The notes beneath the pieces were generated by a model, which was given only the letters and a program-made list of their open reading frames with translations, searched no databases and had not been told where the DNA came from. This document shows positions 1 through 10,653 of a DNA stretch of 64,000 nt, piece after piece. The position numbers and the translations under genes were made by a program. This DNA is from a virus. The DNA is taken from positions 1-64,000 of the IMG/VR virus record IMGVR_UViG_3300001533_003062. One strand, given 5' to 3'. Position 1 is the stretch's first letter; each line of letters opens with the position of its first letter.

Positions 1-1131
1 AGACTCCCACTTACTTCCAGTCAGATCACCCCATTCTAAACCATCCTCAGCAACATTGACTTTTAATACTTGCCCAGTCGTACCATAAGAGGAAGGAGTA
101 TCCCCTAAATTCGTGAACCCTATAGGCACTCCGTCTATATTGTAGTTTGATCCAGAAGCAATATTAATATTACCACCAGTATAACTTATTCCGCCTATAA
201 CCTTCGCCCAAGCACTCAACAAATACTCTGTACCGCTCTCATCAATTGATGTTAGCACATTATCAAGACTATATATTCCATGATAGTTTGTTGGAGTAGA
301 AGGTGTTACCAATATATCTTTTATAAAAAATCCTCTATTTCCCAAAGTAGCTACAATATTGTTTTCAGATTCATTCATTAAACTAAAATCAAATCTACAT
401 GGTACAAAATTCGCATTTGCAGAACCTATTGATACGCATTTTATCCGACCAGACCTTACTCCTAAACCACCTGTACTTTCTCCGTAAAAGTTTATCTCTC
501 CTAAGGAATGCCCTGAATTTGTCCCCGTACCCGTCGGAGTCTTTTTATAGAATTGAAGATAAGCCCTTCTAGAAGTACTTGAACTAGTACACACATAATT
601 AATAGATAAGTTATTATCCCTGTATAAACCCATCATTGAAGTACTTGTCGAAGACTGGGCTGTGACAGTGCTGCCCAGGAGTATCACGGAATCCCCATAA
701 GTGAGATTGGGTACAATCCTTACGCTTTCATAAGAAATACCTGCGGCTAGTTCTGTCCACTTACTCGCCCAACTTTGAGTAGTAGGATCAATGAATTCTA
801 AGGCCGTCTCCCCCGTATTAACTATAGGTATTTTACCTGCTTGGTCCGTGTATGATGATGGCGTATCCCCTAATCCTATGAAGCTATCGGCACCTGTCGT
901 AAATTGCTCCCAAGATCCGCCTCGGAGCTGGTACACCGACCAGTCAGCCTCAACCGCCACCAACATCCCTTCTTTCTTCCGCTCATCTGTTATTGCATCT
1001 CTTTCCTCTATGGTTGCTACAGTCCTAAAACCCCCCTTGTTATATTCCTCCAAAGTAATAGCATAAGTATCCTCCGTATAGTAGGGGGTAATAGGCCCTG
1101 TTAAGGGTACATTAGACGTTATTAGGGGCAT
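1..1131 (-). CDS. Tail fibre-like protein, runs off the window start (not in ORF track)
   Basis: ATG at 1131 with AAGGAG upstream; hand translation is open to position 1: MPLITSNVPLTGPITPYYTEDTYAITLEEYNKGGFRTVATIEERDAITDERKKEGMLVAV... It has two FxxLGDTPSSY..GxxxxVN..E..LE[FW] motifs typical of phage fibre shafts. Confidence 0.75.
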   Translation of the reverse strand, partial: MPLITSNVPLTGPITPYYTEDTYAITLEEYNKGGFRTVATIEERDAITDERKKEGMLVAVEADWSVYQLRGGSWEQFTTGADSFIGLGDTPSSYTDQAGKIPIVNTGETALEFIDPTTQSWASKWTELAAGISYESVRIVPNLTYGDSVILLGSTVTAQSSTSTSMMGLYRDNNLSINYVCTSSSTSRRAYLQFYKKTPTGTGTNSGHSLGEINFYGESTGGLGVRSGRIKCVSIGSANANFVPCRFDFSLMNESENNIVATLGNRGFFIKDILVTPSTPTNYHGIYSLDNVLTSIDESGTEYLLSAWAKVIGGISYTGGNINIASGSNYNIDGVPIGFTNLGDTPSSYGTTGQVLKVNVAEDGLEWGDLTGSKWES

Positions 1132-1143
1132 TATTAGTTCTCC

Positions 1144-2085
1144 TTAAGAAATCGTTATATTTATAGCAGCTACTAAAGGGTTAGTGGATCGGTATACGTA
1201 ATAATCAGTAGACAGCCCAAACGAATTGGTAACGGATACGGTATCTGGAGCTTCCATGGCGATCGCAAGCCCCGTACCCGCATCTATGAATGAGCTAGCA
1301 GCGCCCATTGAAGTCGGGTAACAAATATATTTATAATTATTAGCACTTAAGCTATAAGTTCTTACGTAAGAGCTAGCTAAACTATTGTAATCTACTAAAG
1401 CCTCAATCTGGGTCTCCGCTAAACTGGTATTGGCGGAAGTACCTGCGTATATCCTCCAGTACCAATTCACTGTGTAATTCCTTGTAAAATCTATGGCTTT
1501 AGAATTTGTACCTGTTATTCTCCAAGTATTGGAACCCGGTGAAGTCCTAGTAACGGCAGAAGCCGTTAAAGCCTGGCTACCATCATTTGCGGTACCTGTT
1601 ATATAATTAACAGTATTTGTTACGTCATCTATGTCTATAGTATCGGCGGTTATATTAGAATCGTTTTCAGTACTCCAAGTAGCAGTGGGATCGGTACCGT
1701 TCGTATCACCTACCTCTATAGTAGAACTCCAACCTATAAAAGAGAATGAGCTAAAAGCAGGATATTGATAGGGATACAGTAACCCATCAAACATCTCCTT
1801 CATAGTCTTTCCCGAAAATGTGGAACCGGCCTCCCAGCCCCCCACATCAGCAGGCATGGCAACATCATTAGTATATGATGAAGAAGCGCCTAACTCAGAA
1901 CTCAGCTCATTCAAGGCACCTAATAAACTGTTCCCAGAGCTAAACCCCGTCAATCCTTGAGCACCCGTCTCTGAAATAGCTAACGGAGAAACCATATTTC
2001 CATCTTGGATATAACCTATTGACCCCGTATAACCTATATCTAATATAGGGTTGCCATTATCTATATGCCTTAATATAGAACCCAT
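1144..2085 (-). CDS. Virion fibre-associated protein, 313 aa
   Basis: Thr/Ser/Gly-rich beta-type sequence (VGGWEAGSTF...LLYPYQYP, C-terminal YKYICYP...YYVYRS); lies directly upstream of a fibre gene; AGGAG RBS. Confidence 0.6.
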   Translation of the reverse strand: MGSILRHIDNGNPILDIGYTGSIGYIQDGNMVSPLAISETGAQGLTGFSSGNSLLGALNELSSELGASSSYTNDVAMPADVGGWEAGSTFSGKTMKEMFDGLLYPYQYPAFSSFSFIGWSSTIEVGDTNGTDPTATWSTENDSNITADTIDIDDVTNTVNYITGTANDGSQALTASAVTRTSPGSNTWRITGTNSKAIDFTRNYTVNWYWRIYAGTSANTSLAETQIEALVDYNSLASSYVRTYSLSANNYKYICYPTSMGAASSFIDAGTGLAIAMEAPDTVSVTNSFGLSTDYYVYRSTNPLVAAINITIS

Positions 2086-2135
2086 GCTTTCTCCTAAAAA
2101 GTCTATTTCATAGTCCTGCTTATTTTATACCATTC

Positions 2136-2150
2136 TATTAATAGATAATT
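2136..2150 (-). promoter_or_regulatory. Candidate late promoter AATTATCTATTAATA
   Basis: Copy of a 15-bp motif that recurs upstream of minus-strand structural genes; about 50 bp upstream of the ATG at 2085. Confidence 0.6.
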
Positions 2151-2213
2151 AAGTTAATAATGTTTTAATAACTCACGCTAATTTTTAAATGATAGATAAT
2201 AGAGGAAATTAAT

Positions 2214-2870
2214 ATGAGAGATATACCTAAAATATCCTGTTTAATGCTTACTAGAAATAGATTCACTCCCTTTAAAAACGCTATCAAGGACTTCCTAAAC
2301 CAGGACTATTCTAATAAAGAGCTTATTATAGTAAATAATGGTAACTTTCTGTACAAATACCGCGCAAGGGAGTACCTTAAGAATATAAACGGAAACATAA
2401 CCTACGTCGAATCTGAAAAGTTATCTATAGGTGAACTCAGGAACCTGGGAATGTCTAGGTGCCGCGGAGAGTTCATAGCCATCTTCGACGATGACGATAG
2501 ACACAGGGAAGACCGCTTATCTAAACAAATTGAAATGTGTTTGAAATCAAATGTAACAGGTACAGTACTCCGGAACTTTATCGCAGTAGAAGGCAAGAAT
2601 AGGAATTTCTGCCATATTAACCACGGGCTAGACGGTACACTTCTTTTCCAGAATCCTTACGGCTACATAAAATACACTGATATAAATCAGGGGGAAGATA
2701 CTGCCTTCATTAAAAAACTGAAAGAAAAGGGGTACCTGATTATAGTCCTAGAACTCGAGCACGAGTTATATGAATACCACTATCACGGAAGAAATACCGT
2801 ATCCCGTACGCATTTCAGAAAAATAGCTAAGAACCAAAAAACAGAAATAAAAAAAGAGACTAATGATTAG
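2214..2870 (+). CDS. Glycosyltransferase family 2 (GT-A fold)
   Basis: ISCLMLTRNR, FLNQDYSNKELIIVNNG, GELRNLG...GEFIAIFDDDD (DxD) and GED motifs; GAGG RBS; the only convincing plus-strand gene. Confidence 0.9.
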   Translation: MRDIPKISCLMLTRNRFTPFKNAIKDFLNQDYSNKELIIVNNGNFLYKYRAREYLKNINGNITYVESEKLSIGELRNLGMSRCRGEFIAIFDDDDRHREDRLSKQIEMCLKSNVTGTVLRNFIAVEGKNRNFCHINHGLDGTLLFQNPYGYIKYTDINQGEDTAFIKKLKEKGYLIIVLELEHELYEYHYHGRNTVSRTHFRKIAKNQKTEIKKETND

Positions 2871-2880
2871 CCTCTTTTTT
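2849..2880. terminator. Bidirectional intrinsic terminator
   Basis: AAAAAAAGAGACTAATGATTAGCCTCTTTTTT hairpin with A and T tails between the convergent GT2 and fibre genes. Confidence 0.7.
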
Positions 2881-2922
2881 ATCGAGCTGAAAAGCCTCAA
2901 ATTTATTCGGGAATAATGTTAG

Positions 2923-5900
2923 TTAAAATATAACTCTTTTTCTTAGAGATACCGTAGCATCTATTGCTGCGTTAGTATTTGTAGCCTCTAATTCATATAA
3001 GTTAGACCCATTGTAACTCACAAAAAGAGATACAAGCGGGTCTCCGTTTAGGTTAGGTGTAGATGATTCCGAACTCGTGAAATTCCCCGAAGCATCCACC
3101 GAAATGATGATAGTCCCGGACCTCACATACCAGGTACCTCCATTATTTACCTCTATCTTATAATCATAGGTAATGTTCCTAGAGGGGTAGTAACTTAAAT
3201 TAGAATCTATCACCGTAGTTGCTGAAGCGGGCGCACTTGCTACTATCTTTTTGGATATAGTATCGTGCAAGCCTGTTACTTTAATTGAATTTTGATATAA
3301 TGTACCGTTATCCAGTACCCCGAAAGAGGTACCCCTGCTCCCGGGTCCAGATCCGTTACCTATCATTAAAGAAGAAGCTGCGGACTCATCGGAAAGTAAC
3401 TGAGGTTCAATGTCATTGAATTTACCCAAAACTGTTTGATAGGGATATATTGCAGTCAAGCCCATACCTAAGGCTACAGAAGCAAAACTATAAACTGTAT
3501 TATTTATACCTATAGCTGCACTTGCTAATCCGATGTCCTGGTAAAGAGTAGGTATCTCATAAGATGCCCAGAATTTACTATTTATTATATCGGGATCCTC
3601 GTGAACCACTCTAAGTACTATATTCCATTCTGATCCATCATACACGGCGTAATCCCCCGAGGACACACTCTCATAACCCGGAACAGAAGTAGAACTCCCA
3701 GATCCCGTAGTGAAGTCCACAAAACCGTCCTGAGTAGCTACATAAGTATCTCCTGAAGTGCCTACCCCATCTATCAAAGTATTGGTCTGGGGATCCCATA
3801 AAATTCCGGGGTTCCAAGGTTGTCTTGCAGTAATAGCCGGAAGAGACCCTATACCTCCATTTTGTATAGTATTCCCAACACCCACAACTATAGAAGCCCT
3901 GCTACGTGCTGTATTAGATATACCCACAGCTAGAGTATTCTCAGCTAAACCTCCCGCTTCTATATCGCTCCCATTTATGGTATAATCCCCTACTAAATTC
4001 CACTCACCTAGGACGTAAGAACCCGTAGACGCTAAAACATTCATGTTACCTACAACAAAAGAATGATCTCCTGATTCCGTTAAAGAGATACCAGTACCTA
4101 TTAAATTGCTGTAACCGTTTACTATTGAATTATTTGATACAAGGGTGTTTTCAGTTCCGGATATAAAATTATTACCGGAACTGGCGATCTTGAGCACATT
4201 ACTATTCCCACTAACAAAACTGTTATTTGGCCCCGTAATAATGTTGTCAGATCCCGTAACTATATCTCCGCGACTATCTCCAGAAATAGTGTTATGATAA
4301 CCCATCGCTAGACAACTAGAAGCGTTTCCTATGATATTATAACTACCACCTATAATATTACTAATGGATATATTACCTGTGGTAAAGAAATGGTTAGTCC
4401 CTACTACTAAACAATTGAATACCGTGGCGGTACTTTCAAAAATGTTACCGTTACCCGTCAAAATCGTAGAATAAACAGTACTACCCGTTGCCACCACATT
4501 AGCTACTCCGAATAAAGCCGAAAATCTAATATCCGAACTCTGCTCTACTATCAGAGTATTACCTACCACTAAAATATCTACGCCTGATTTTATGCTATTT
4601 TGATTACCTGAAACAATAGAAGACCAACAATCAGCAATATTACCTACACCGCCTAATAAAGTACCGTTAATAACCCCGCTGGAGGATTGAAGGGTTCCTG
4701 TGCTCTCTAAAGAGTTCTGTCCCCCGTATACAAAACTATTAAGGGTTTGTCCTCCGTTTGTAAATATTTGGTTATCTGTGCCGAATAAAGCTAAGCCCCC
4801 AGACCCCCAGGCATATCCCATGGTTCCCGGGTTACTGTAATTATAGGTAGAAGGATCTCCTGTCCCTATATATAATCTTTGGCCTACAGCTATATTGGTC
4901 CTAAAACCAAAAATATAGTTTTCTTCTCCTACTATAATGGACCACGACGCATTGCTGGCATTACGCTGACCCGACACTACCGAGCCTATACCCACATTTA
5001 TATTCTCGGCACCCATAGTTGTATTAAAACCTTCTCGTGTCCCAAAAGAAGAAATGATGGTATTTATGCTTAATAGCCGGGTTATAGTATTCTCAATAAG
5101 ACCACTATTGTTTACGTTATAGTGCGTTTTCACGTCGGAGACTGTGGATAACCCTGTAAGGTCTATACTACTTATATTGTAAGCACCAGATATTAAAGAA
5201 TAACCTCCGACAGATATATTATTATTACCCACCACGACTGTTCCTACAGGTCCTATAGCTGTAGGACCTATTTTATTACTTTCCCCTAAGGCAACACTTC
5301 CCACAGCATGTACGTCGTTATCAGAACCACCCCCTATAAAGTTATTGTAACCTGTCTCAGTGTTACCATACCCGAATACAACAGACTCAAAACCCGCTAC
5401 AGAGTTCCCCGAACCTGCAGAAAAAGAGCCCTCTCCCGTTGCAGTGTTGTTATACCCAAATATGGCAGAGAACGGACCTGATATTGTGTTCCCAGAACCT
5501 GCCGAGAAAGTAGCATCCGCAGTCAAAGTATTATTGTAACCGAAAACCGCTGAAAAAGAACTGCTTCCAAAGGTATTCTGAGAACCTATATCAATAGAAT
5601 ATTGATAAAAATTTCCATAAATAAAAGGTGCGTAAGCTCCCTCCGGGTGAGATATAATCAGGATACCCGAGGCATCAGTACCTAAGCCCGCTCCTCCGTT
5701 TTCGCCTATGATAACACTATTAGATACATTTACAAGAGTAGGTGCGACATCAGCACCTATTAAAATATTTCCATAAGCTTTTTCTAATAGCTTAGCAGCG
5801 TTGCTTCCGCTTATTACATTATTACCCCCTATTAGCTCTCCTAAGCTCGCTGCGTTATCGCCAGTTATAGTATTACCACTACTCCTAAGAAGCCTACCAG

Positions 5901-7431
5901 CAAAAGCTCCTGTTATGGTGTTATTATCTCCAATTGGTGTGGTATATGAATTTAATACCGTGCGGATAGGATCTCCTACCGCTATAAAATTAAGTACGGG
6001 TTGTGGTGGATTAGCACCCTCTGAATAAGTACCAGATATCCAGTAGTACCCGTCTATTATTACAGTAGGAATTATAATAGGGATATTAAGATAATCACTG
6101 TACAAGGACGTATCGGGAGGTATTAAGGTACCTGACCCCTCATCAAAGAAACTGATGTAGGCACCGTCATTTACCTGTATAGTGCCATCAGGAATAACGG
6201 CTATAGCTCCTAACCATTTTGATGGGAAAGAAAACGCGGTAATAGCTGCATCACCATCACCCGCTATTACTCCAGCTAAATCTATTTTTAGGATACTAGA
6301 ATTAGCCCCATCACTATCACTCGCATATAAAAAATCAGAGGAATCTATATTACTGTTACCAAATCCAGAAGCCCCAAATTTTAAACCCAAAAAGCTATAA
6401 GTAAAATAGCTATTACCGTTAGAGTACTCTGTAAAAGTCTCCGTCGAAGTATTAAATCTTAGTAAACCATCGCCTAATCCGTATTGGTTTCCGTCGTGGA
6501 TTAGCCATATATTATCGTTCGAGTCTACAGCTATTGAACCTTGATTAAATAATATATTAAGTACAGGAAAGGTGCTTATTACTTCCTTATTATCGGGGTC
6601 TAACTTTACTAATAGACCGCTACGTGGAGCTATCCACGTCAATACCCACATATTTCCGGAAGAGTCATTAACAAACCAAAAAGGTTCACCGTATGTATTA
6701 TTAAGTTTACCCCAAGAATTAGTCTCTTTTTTAAAATAGTAAAAACCTCCGGGACTTAATGCCCATGGGACACCGTTGCGGTCCATCCCACCGCTTAAAA
6801 AATATCTTTCGATCCTATTTCCGTCAGATATTTCATTAATACTATAGAAAGTCAAATCTTTAGTCCGGACATTGTACCGATACATCCCAGAGCCTATCGG
6901 TGGGGTCCCCCAAGGAAAAATCCATACATTACCATCTAAGTCTTCCATAATGGATAAAGCCAAACCCGCATTTAGTAACACACGGGAGGTAACTACAGTA
7001 GAAAAAATACCATCACCAGAATAGGTACCTAATAACGTATTTCCACTCTGTACCGTTATACTGTCTCCGGCATAAGCACCTATAGCAGAGGTATACTTAC
7101 CTGTGGTAATAGACCTCACCGCATAATAACCTAAAGAAGCATTATAGAGTCCGTCAGGACCTGATGTATCGATTATATTAGAACCAGAATCTTTACCCCA
7201 GAATATGTTCTTACCTTGACGATCTTGTATTGTAGCAAGCTCTATATAATCCCCATAAGATCCCTCAGAATTACGAAAAGCTACTCTCCAAACAGGAGAC
7301 CCCTCTACTAAGTCATCATCTCTTTGTATGGCATACTGATCCTTCTTCAGATTCAAGGGATTACCATTATCGGACAATAACGATTTACTGTCTCTTATAT
7401 GCTTTATATGTCTATTAAAAGTCTCTGCCAT
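2923..7431 (-). CDS. Large tail fibre/receptor-binding protein, 1502 aa (beta-propeller plus YadA-head-like GxxN beta-roll repeats)
   Basis: EDLDGNVWI, DRNGVPW, DSSGNMWV and VDSNDNIWL propeller blades; long run of S/A-x-x-G-x-x-N repeats; QTVLGKFND...IGNG...F.V...G motif near the C-terminus. Confidence 0.75.
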   Translation of the reverse strand: MAETFNRHIKHIRDSKSLLSDNGNPLNLKKDQYAIQRDDDLVEGSPVWRVAFRNSEGSYGDYIELATIQDRQGKNIFWGKDSGSNIIDTSGPDGLYNASLGYYAVRSITTGKYTSAIGAYAGDSITVQSGNTLLGTYSGDGIFSTVVTSRVLLNAGLALSIMEDLDGNVWIFPWGTPPIGSGMYRYNVRTKDLTFYSINEISDGNRIERYFLSGGMDRNGVPWALSPGGFYYFKKETNSWGKLNNTYGEPFWFVNDSSGNMWVLTWIAPRSGLLVKLDPDNKEVISTFPVLNILFNQGSIAVDSNDNIWLIHDGNQYGLGDGLLRFNTSTETFTEYSNGNSYFTYSFLGLKFGASGFGNSNIDSSDFLYASDSDGANSSILKIDLAGVIAGDGDAAITAFSFPSKWLGAIAVIPDGTIQVNDGAYISFFDEGSGTLIPPDTSLYSDYLNIPIIIPTVIIDGYYWISGTYSEGANPPQPVLNFIAVGDPIRTVLNSYTTPIGDNNTITGAFAGRLLRSSGNTITGDNAASLGELIGGNNVISGSNAAKLLEKAYGNILIGADVAPTLVNVSNSVIIGENGGAGLGTDASGILIISHPEGAYAPFIYGNFYQYSIDIGSQNTFGSSSFSAVFGYNNTLTADATFSAGSGNTISGPFSAIFGYNNTATGEGSFSAGSGNSVAGFESVVFGYGNTETGYNNFIGGGSDNDVHAVGSVALGESNKIGPTAIGPVGTVVVGNNNISVGGYSLISGAYNISSIDLTGLSTVSDVKTHYNVNNSGLIENTITRLLSINTIISSFGTREGFNTTMGAENINVGIGSVVSGQRNASNASWSIIVGEENYIFGFRTNIAVGQRLYIGTGDPSTYNYSNPGTMGYAWGSGGLALFGTDNQIFTNGGQTLNSFVYGGQNSLESTGTLQSSSGVINGTLLGGVGNIADCWSSIVSGNQNSIKSGVDILVVGNTLIVEQSSDIRFSALFGVANVVATGSTVYSTILTGNGNIFESTATVFNCLVVGTNHFFTTGNISISNIIGGSYNIIGNASSCLAMGYHNTISGDSRGDIVTGSDNIITGPNNSFVSGNSNVLKIASSGNNFISGTENTLVSNNSIVNGYSNLIGTGISLTESGDHSFVVGNMNVLASTGSYVLGEWNLVGDYTINGSDIEAGGLAENTLAVGISNTARSRASIVVGVGNTIQNGGIGSLPAITARQPWNPGILWDPQTNTLIDGVGTSGDTYVATQDGFVDFTTGSGSSTSVPGYESVSSGDYAVYDGSEWNIVLRVVHEDPDIINSKFWASYEIPTLYQDIGLASAAIGINNTVYSFASVALGMGLTAIYPYQTVLGKFNDIEPQLLSDESAASSLMIGNGSGPGSRGTSFGVLDNGTLYQNSIKVTGLHDTISKKIVASAPASATTVIDSNLSYYPSRNITYDYKIEVNNGGTWYVRSGTIIISVDASGNFTSSESSTPNLNGDPLVSLFVSYNGSNLYELEATNTNAAIDATVSLRKRVIF

Positions 7432-7449
7432 TTTAAACCCCTTATAAAA

Positions 7450-8430
7450 CTATAACTCTGTAGAATCCTGTATATTTATTTCTTCATCATCAACAGTATC
7501 CTGCCAATTTATTTCATTAGGATCTGTGGTATCCTGTATAAAGTAAACATCCGTTACTGTTATATAACCTACCTTAACCTCGGTGCTTTCCAAGAGACCT
7601 GTCGATACCCTTAAAGATACCGTGTATGAGCCGTCATATAAATATGTGTGCTCTGGGTTCTGCTCCGTAGAAGTATGACCATCCCCAAAATCCCAATACC
7701 ACTCACTTATTAATCCAGAGGTCCTGTCCGTAAATTGAACTATAAGAGGTTCGGACCCGAACCTAGGTTCTGCATCAAAATCTACCCTCAAAGACCTCTC
7801 TATCAATAAAGTAGGTATCGGCAGCCCATGGTCTCCAATAGGCCCCGTAGCACCTTGGGCACTCATCCCCGTGATACCTTGGACCCCGTCATAACCTTTT
7901 TGTCCCTGAACCCCAGTTGGCCCCTGTATCCCAGTAATTCCTGGGATACCTCTTATTCCAGTATCACCGGGTTCTCCATCAGGACCCATAAGGGTAAGGT
8001 TACCATAACCTTTATACTCTTCTATATCTTCTTTTCTAATCTCTTTTATGGCCTTTAGATCTTCAGAACCATCCTGTCTTAGACGGACCAAAACTAAAGG
8101 TACCTTACCTGATAAATCCGGAAAAGTCTTTATTTCGCCGAAAGATTTTTTATTAAAAGAGATACTAGGTATCACCTCTAACTTAGAGTTTTTATCTACT
8201 GCTATCAATACATAGAGTATATCATTAAAATGGTTAAAGATTCTTCTGGAACTCTTCCCCAAAAAATCGGATACAATCTTTTTTACATCTATTCTTATAT
8301 TAGGTACTTTCACCCAAAAGCCATTTACTATGGTAGACCCCCCTTTAATTAAAAGGGAGTTATCAAGGATCTTTCTATGATCCTCTTTCTTTGAGGTGAA
8401 GTCGTAATTTTTCTTTTGTATTAAGCCCAT
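7450..8430 (-). CDS. Collagen-like repeat plus PKD domain fibre protein
   Basis: Gly-X-Y run (GPDGEPGDTGIRGIPGITGIQG...), then WYWDFGDG..STEQNPEHTY PKD signature. Confidence 0.8.
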   Translation of the reverse strand: MGLIQKKNYDFTSKKEDHRKILDNSLLIKGGSTIVNGFWVKVPNIRIDVKKIVSDFLGKSSRRIFNHFNDILYVLIAVDKNSKLEVIPSISFNKKSFGEIKTFPDLSGKVPLVLVRLRQDGSEDLKAIKEIRKEDIEEYKGYGNLTLMGPDGEPGDTGIRGIPGITGIQGPTGVQGQKGYDGVQGITGMSAQGATGPIGDHGLPIPTLLIERSLRVDFDAEPRFGSEPLIVQFTDRTSGLISEWYWDFGDGHTSTEQNPEHTYLYDGSYTVSLRVSTGLLESTEVKVGYITVTDVYFIQDTTDPNEINWQDTVDDEEINIQDSTEL

Positions 8431-8457
8431 TTTAATGTTTTCATTATTAAGAAATTA

Positions 8458-9108
8458 TTAAATATTAAATTCTGTTAAGGGTAAATGTACGTCCCAGCTT
8501 ATACCTGTCATCCCCTGGATACCGGTCCCTCCCATGATCCCAATACCAGGGTATCCTGTAAGCCCTTGGTCTCCATCCTGGCCCCCGGCCCCGATATGTC
8601 CTCTTACCCCCCTATTGCCTGGATATCCTGTAAGACCTCTGATGTCATTCTTTAAACCTGTAATACCTACTAAATTTTTATCTATGATATTACCTGTACC
8701 TGAAAAATATTTCACGTCTTTATCTGTTATAGGAACGTAACCCGTATTTAAATTATTTGTACCGTCTTGCCTAAGAATAACTCCTGCCAAAGGTATGTCC
8801 GTAAAAGAACTAGGAGGGGGTACAGATTCTCTGTTAGTATACCGAACCTGTGAGCCCTCTAAAACCTTTATTCCACCTTTAATATCCAGACAAACTAAGA
8901 GGTATATAGCATAACCCCTATTAATGAAAAAAGAGGTCCTACGGGGGGTGAGTACGCTACTTATATAATCATTTACCCTAAATAAGTAGCTGTTATAAGA
9001 TACCCATTGGTTATCTATTATAAAAGATCCCGCATTTATTTTCACCGCACCGCTTATCTTATTGTCTAAAGACTTTGTGCCTATGGTACTATTATTAGGT
9101 TTTAACAT
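8458..9108 (-). CDS. Collagen-like repeat fibre protein
   Basis: C-terminal Gly-X-Y run (GLTGYPGNRGVRGHIG...); N-terminal domain resembles that of 7450..8430. Confidence 0.75.
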   Translation of the reverse strand: MLKPNNSTIGTKSLDNKISGAVKINAGSFIIDNQWVSYNSYLFRVNDYISSVLTPRRTSFFINRGYAIYLLVCLDIKGGIKVLEGSQVRYTNRESVPPPSSFTDIPLAGVILRQDGTNNLNTGYVPITDKDVKYFSGTGNIIDKNLVGITGLKNDIRGLTGYPGNRGVRGHIGAGGQDGDQGLTGYPGIGIMGGTGIQGMTGISWDVHLPLTEFNI

Positions 9109-9117
9109 AAAATTCCC

Positions 9118-10653
9118 TTAATCAAATAACACAGTGGGGCCTCGACCCCTTCTGAAACCCGTGGGATTAGGCCCCACCACTGTAGGGGGTATACTTAGTA
9201 TTGTACCTCGCGGTAAAGTGTTGTAGTCCCCACTACCCTGAAACTTTAGATACCTGTAATCTGCATTTATTACGCTATCTTCTACAGCTAAATCCACTGT
9301 AGTCCCTTTCAAGGGTGACTTAATAACCAGTATACCTACATGGGGACTAACAACAGAATCGCCGTAGATATCCGTAACCTCTACGCTTATGTATTTATAC
9401 CCTGGGTCTGTGAAAGTATAAGTTATAGACCTACTAGTACCTATGACAATATTACCTAATCGCCATATCCAAGAGACCGCTAAATTATTAGTAATGGCCC
9501 CAAAAGAAGACTCCAAGGGTTCTTGGCCCACAACAGGGTTTGCTGTAATAGTCGCTGTTAACCGCGGTGCATTTATCACGTCGCCATCCGTTATAGACCA
9601 ACCATCCTCTTCTATTAGACTTGTTCTAGCATCCTCCCAAATACCTTGATGATACCTACTATCCCCCCCGTGGAAATTAACAGAGGGCTGATGGGGCTTT
9701 GATTGCCAGCTTACTAATAAGGAACCATAGTTCCTAGGTGAGAGAGTCACCCCCTCGAACATAGAATCCATAGCTGCTACATTACCGATGTCCCAGGCAC
9801 CTATGTCCTGGTTAAAAGACGAGGCTCCGGAGAACATACTAGTCATATTAGTCACATTAGATGTGTCCCAAGATCCTATGTCCTGGTTAAAAGACGAGGC
9901 CCCCCAAAACATAACCCTCATATCAGACACATTAGATGTATCCCAAGTGCTTATATCTCCGTTAAAAGACATCTCCGTTAAAAGACACTGCCCCATTGAA
10001 CATAAGAAACATATTAGTCACATTAGATGTGTCCCAGGTACCTAGGTCCTGGTTAAAAGATGAAGCTCTAAAAAACATACCGCCCATATCAGACACATTA
10101 GATGTATCCCAAGTGCTTATATCTTAAAAGACGAGGCTCTGGAGAACATACTAGTCATATTAGTCACATTAGATGTGTCCCAGGTACTTAAATCTCTGTT
10201 GAAGGATGTAGCACCGTAAAACATGCACTTCATATTAGAAACATTAGAAGTGTCCCAAGTACTAAGGTCCTGGTTGAATGAGCTGCCTCCTGTATAAACA
10301 AAAAACATATAACTCAAGTCAGACACCCTATTAGGCAAGAATTCAGGCACTGAAATTAAATTAGGACATGCCTCAAAAGCGTGACTCAAACCCACCAGTG
10401 AATTATCCCAACTAAGAACATCCGTTAGCGCTTCGTTAGAGTTATAGTTATAGTTGGAGATTATTGTTATACTGTAATCCCCCACAGATTGTATCTCTAT
10501 GTCATATACACCGTCCGAAGAATAAGTGTGGAACAAATTATTATCAACCGTCCCATCTTTCCAATCTACTACAAAAGAGCTACCTGTTAAATTCAACTCT
10601 ACCATAGTCCCAGTCATTAGGCTTGTGTCGTATCGGAGTATTAAATTAGCCAT
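9118..10653 (-). pseudogene. DUF285 (BspA-like/PARCEL) repeat protein with PKD-like domains, interrupted by two frameshifts (ORF pieces 10117..10653 and 9118..9996)
   Basis: Seven 25-aa FNxDxxxWDTSNVxxMxxMFxxAxS-type units. Two lie in a shifted frame between a 4-bp deletion near 10124 and a 16-bp tandem duplication at 9955-9986. Confidence 0.8.
9760..10290. repeat. About seven tandem ~75-bp coding repeats (DUF285 units)
   Basis: CACATTAGATGT[AG]TCCCA and GTTAAAAGA recur at ~75-bp spacing; 9919-9958 and 10085-10124 are identical. Confidence 0.9.

Noticed and set aside
9971-10124. Stop-codon readthrough or recoding joining the two DUF285 ORFs
   Set aside because: The shared frame contains TAA, TAG and TGA and encodes non-repeat sequence; the true repeats are in another frame.
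9760-10290. Regularly spaced repeats resembling a CRISPR array or DGR template/variable repeats
   Set aside because: The 75-bp period translates into DUF285 protein repeats; there are no unique spacers, no clear adenine-specific mismatch pattern, and no cas or reverse transcriptase gene in the window.
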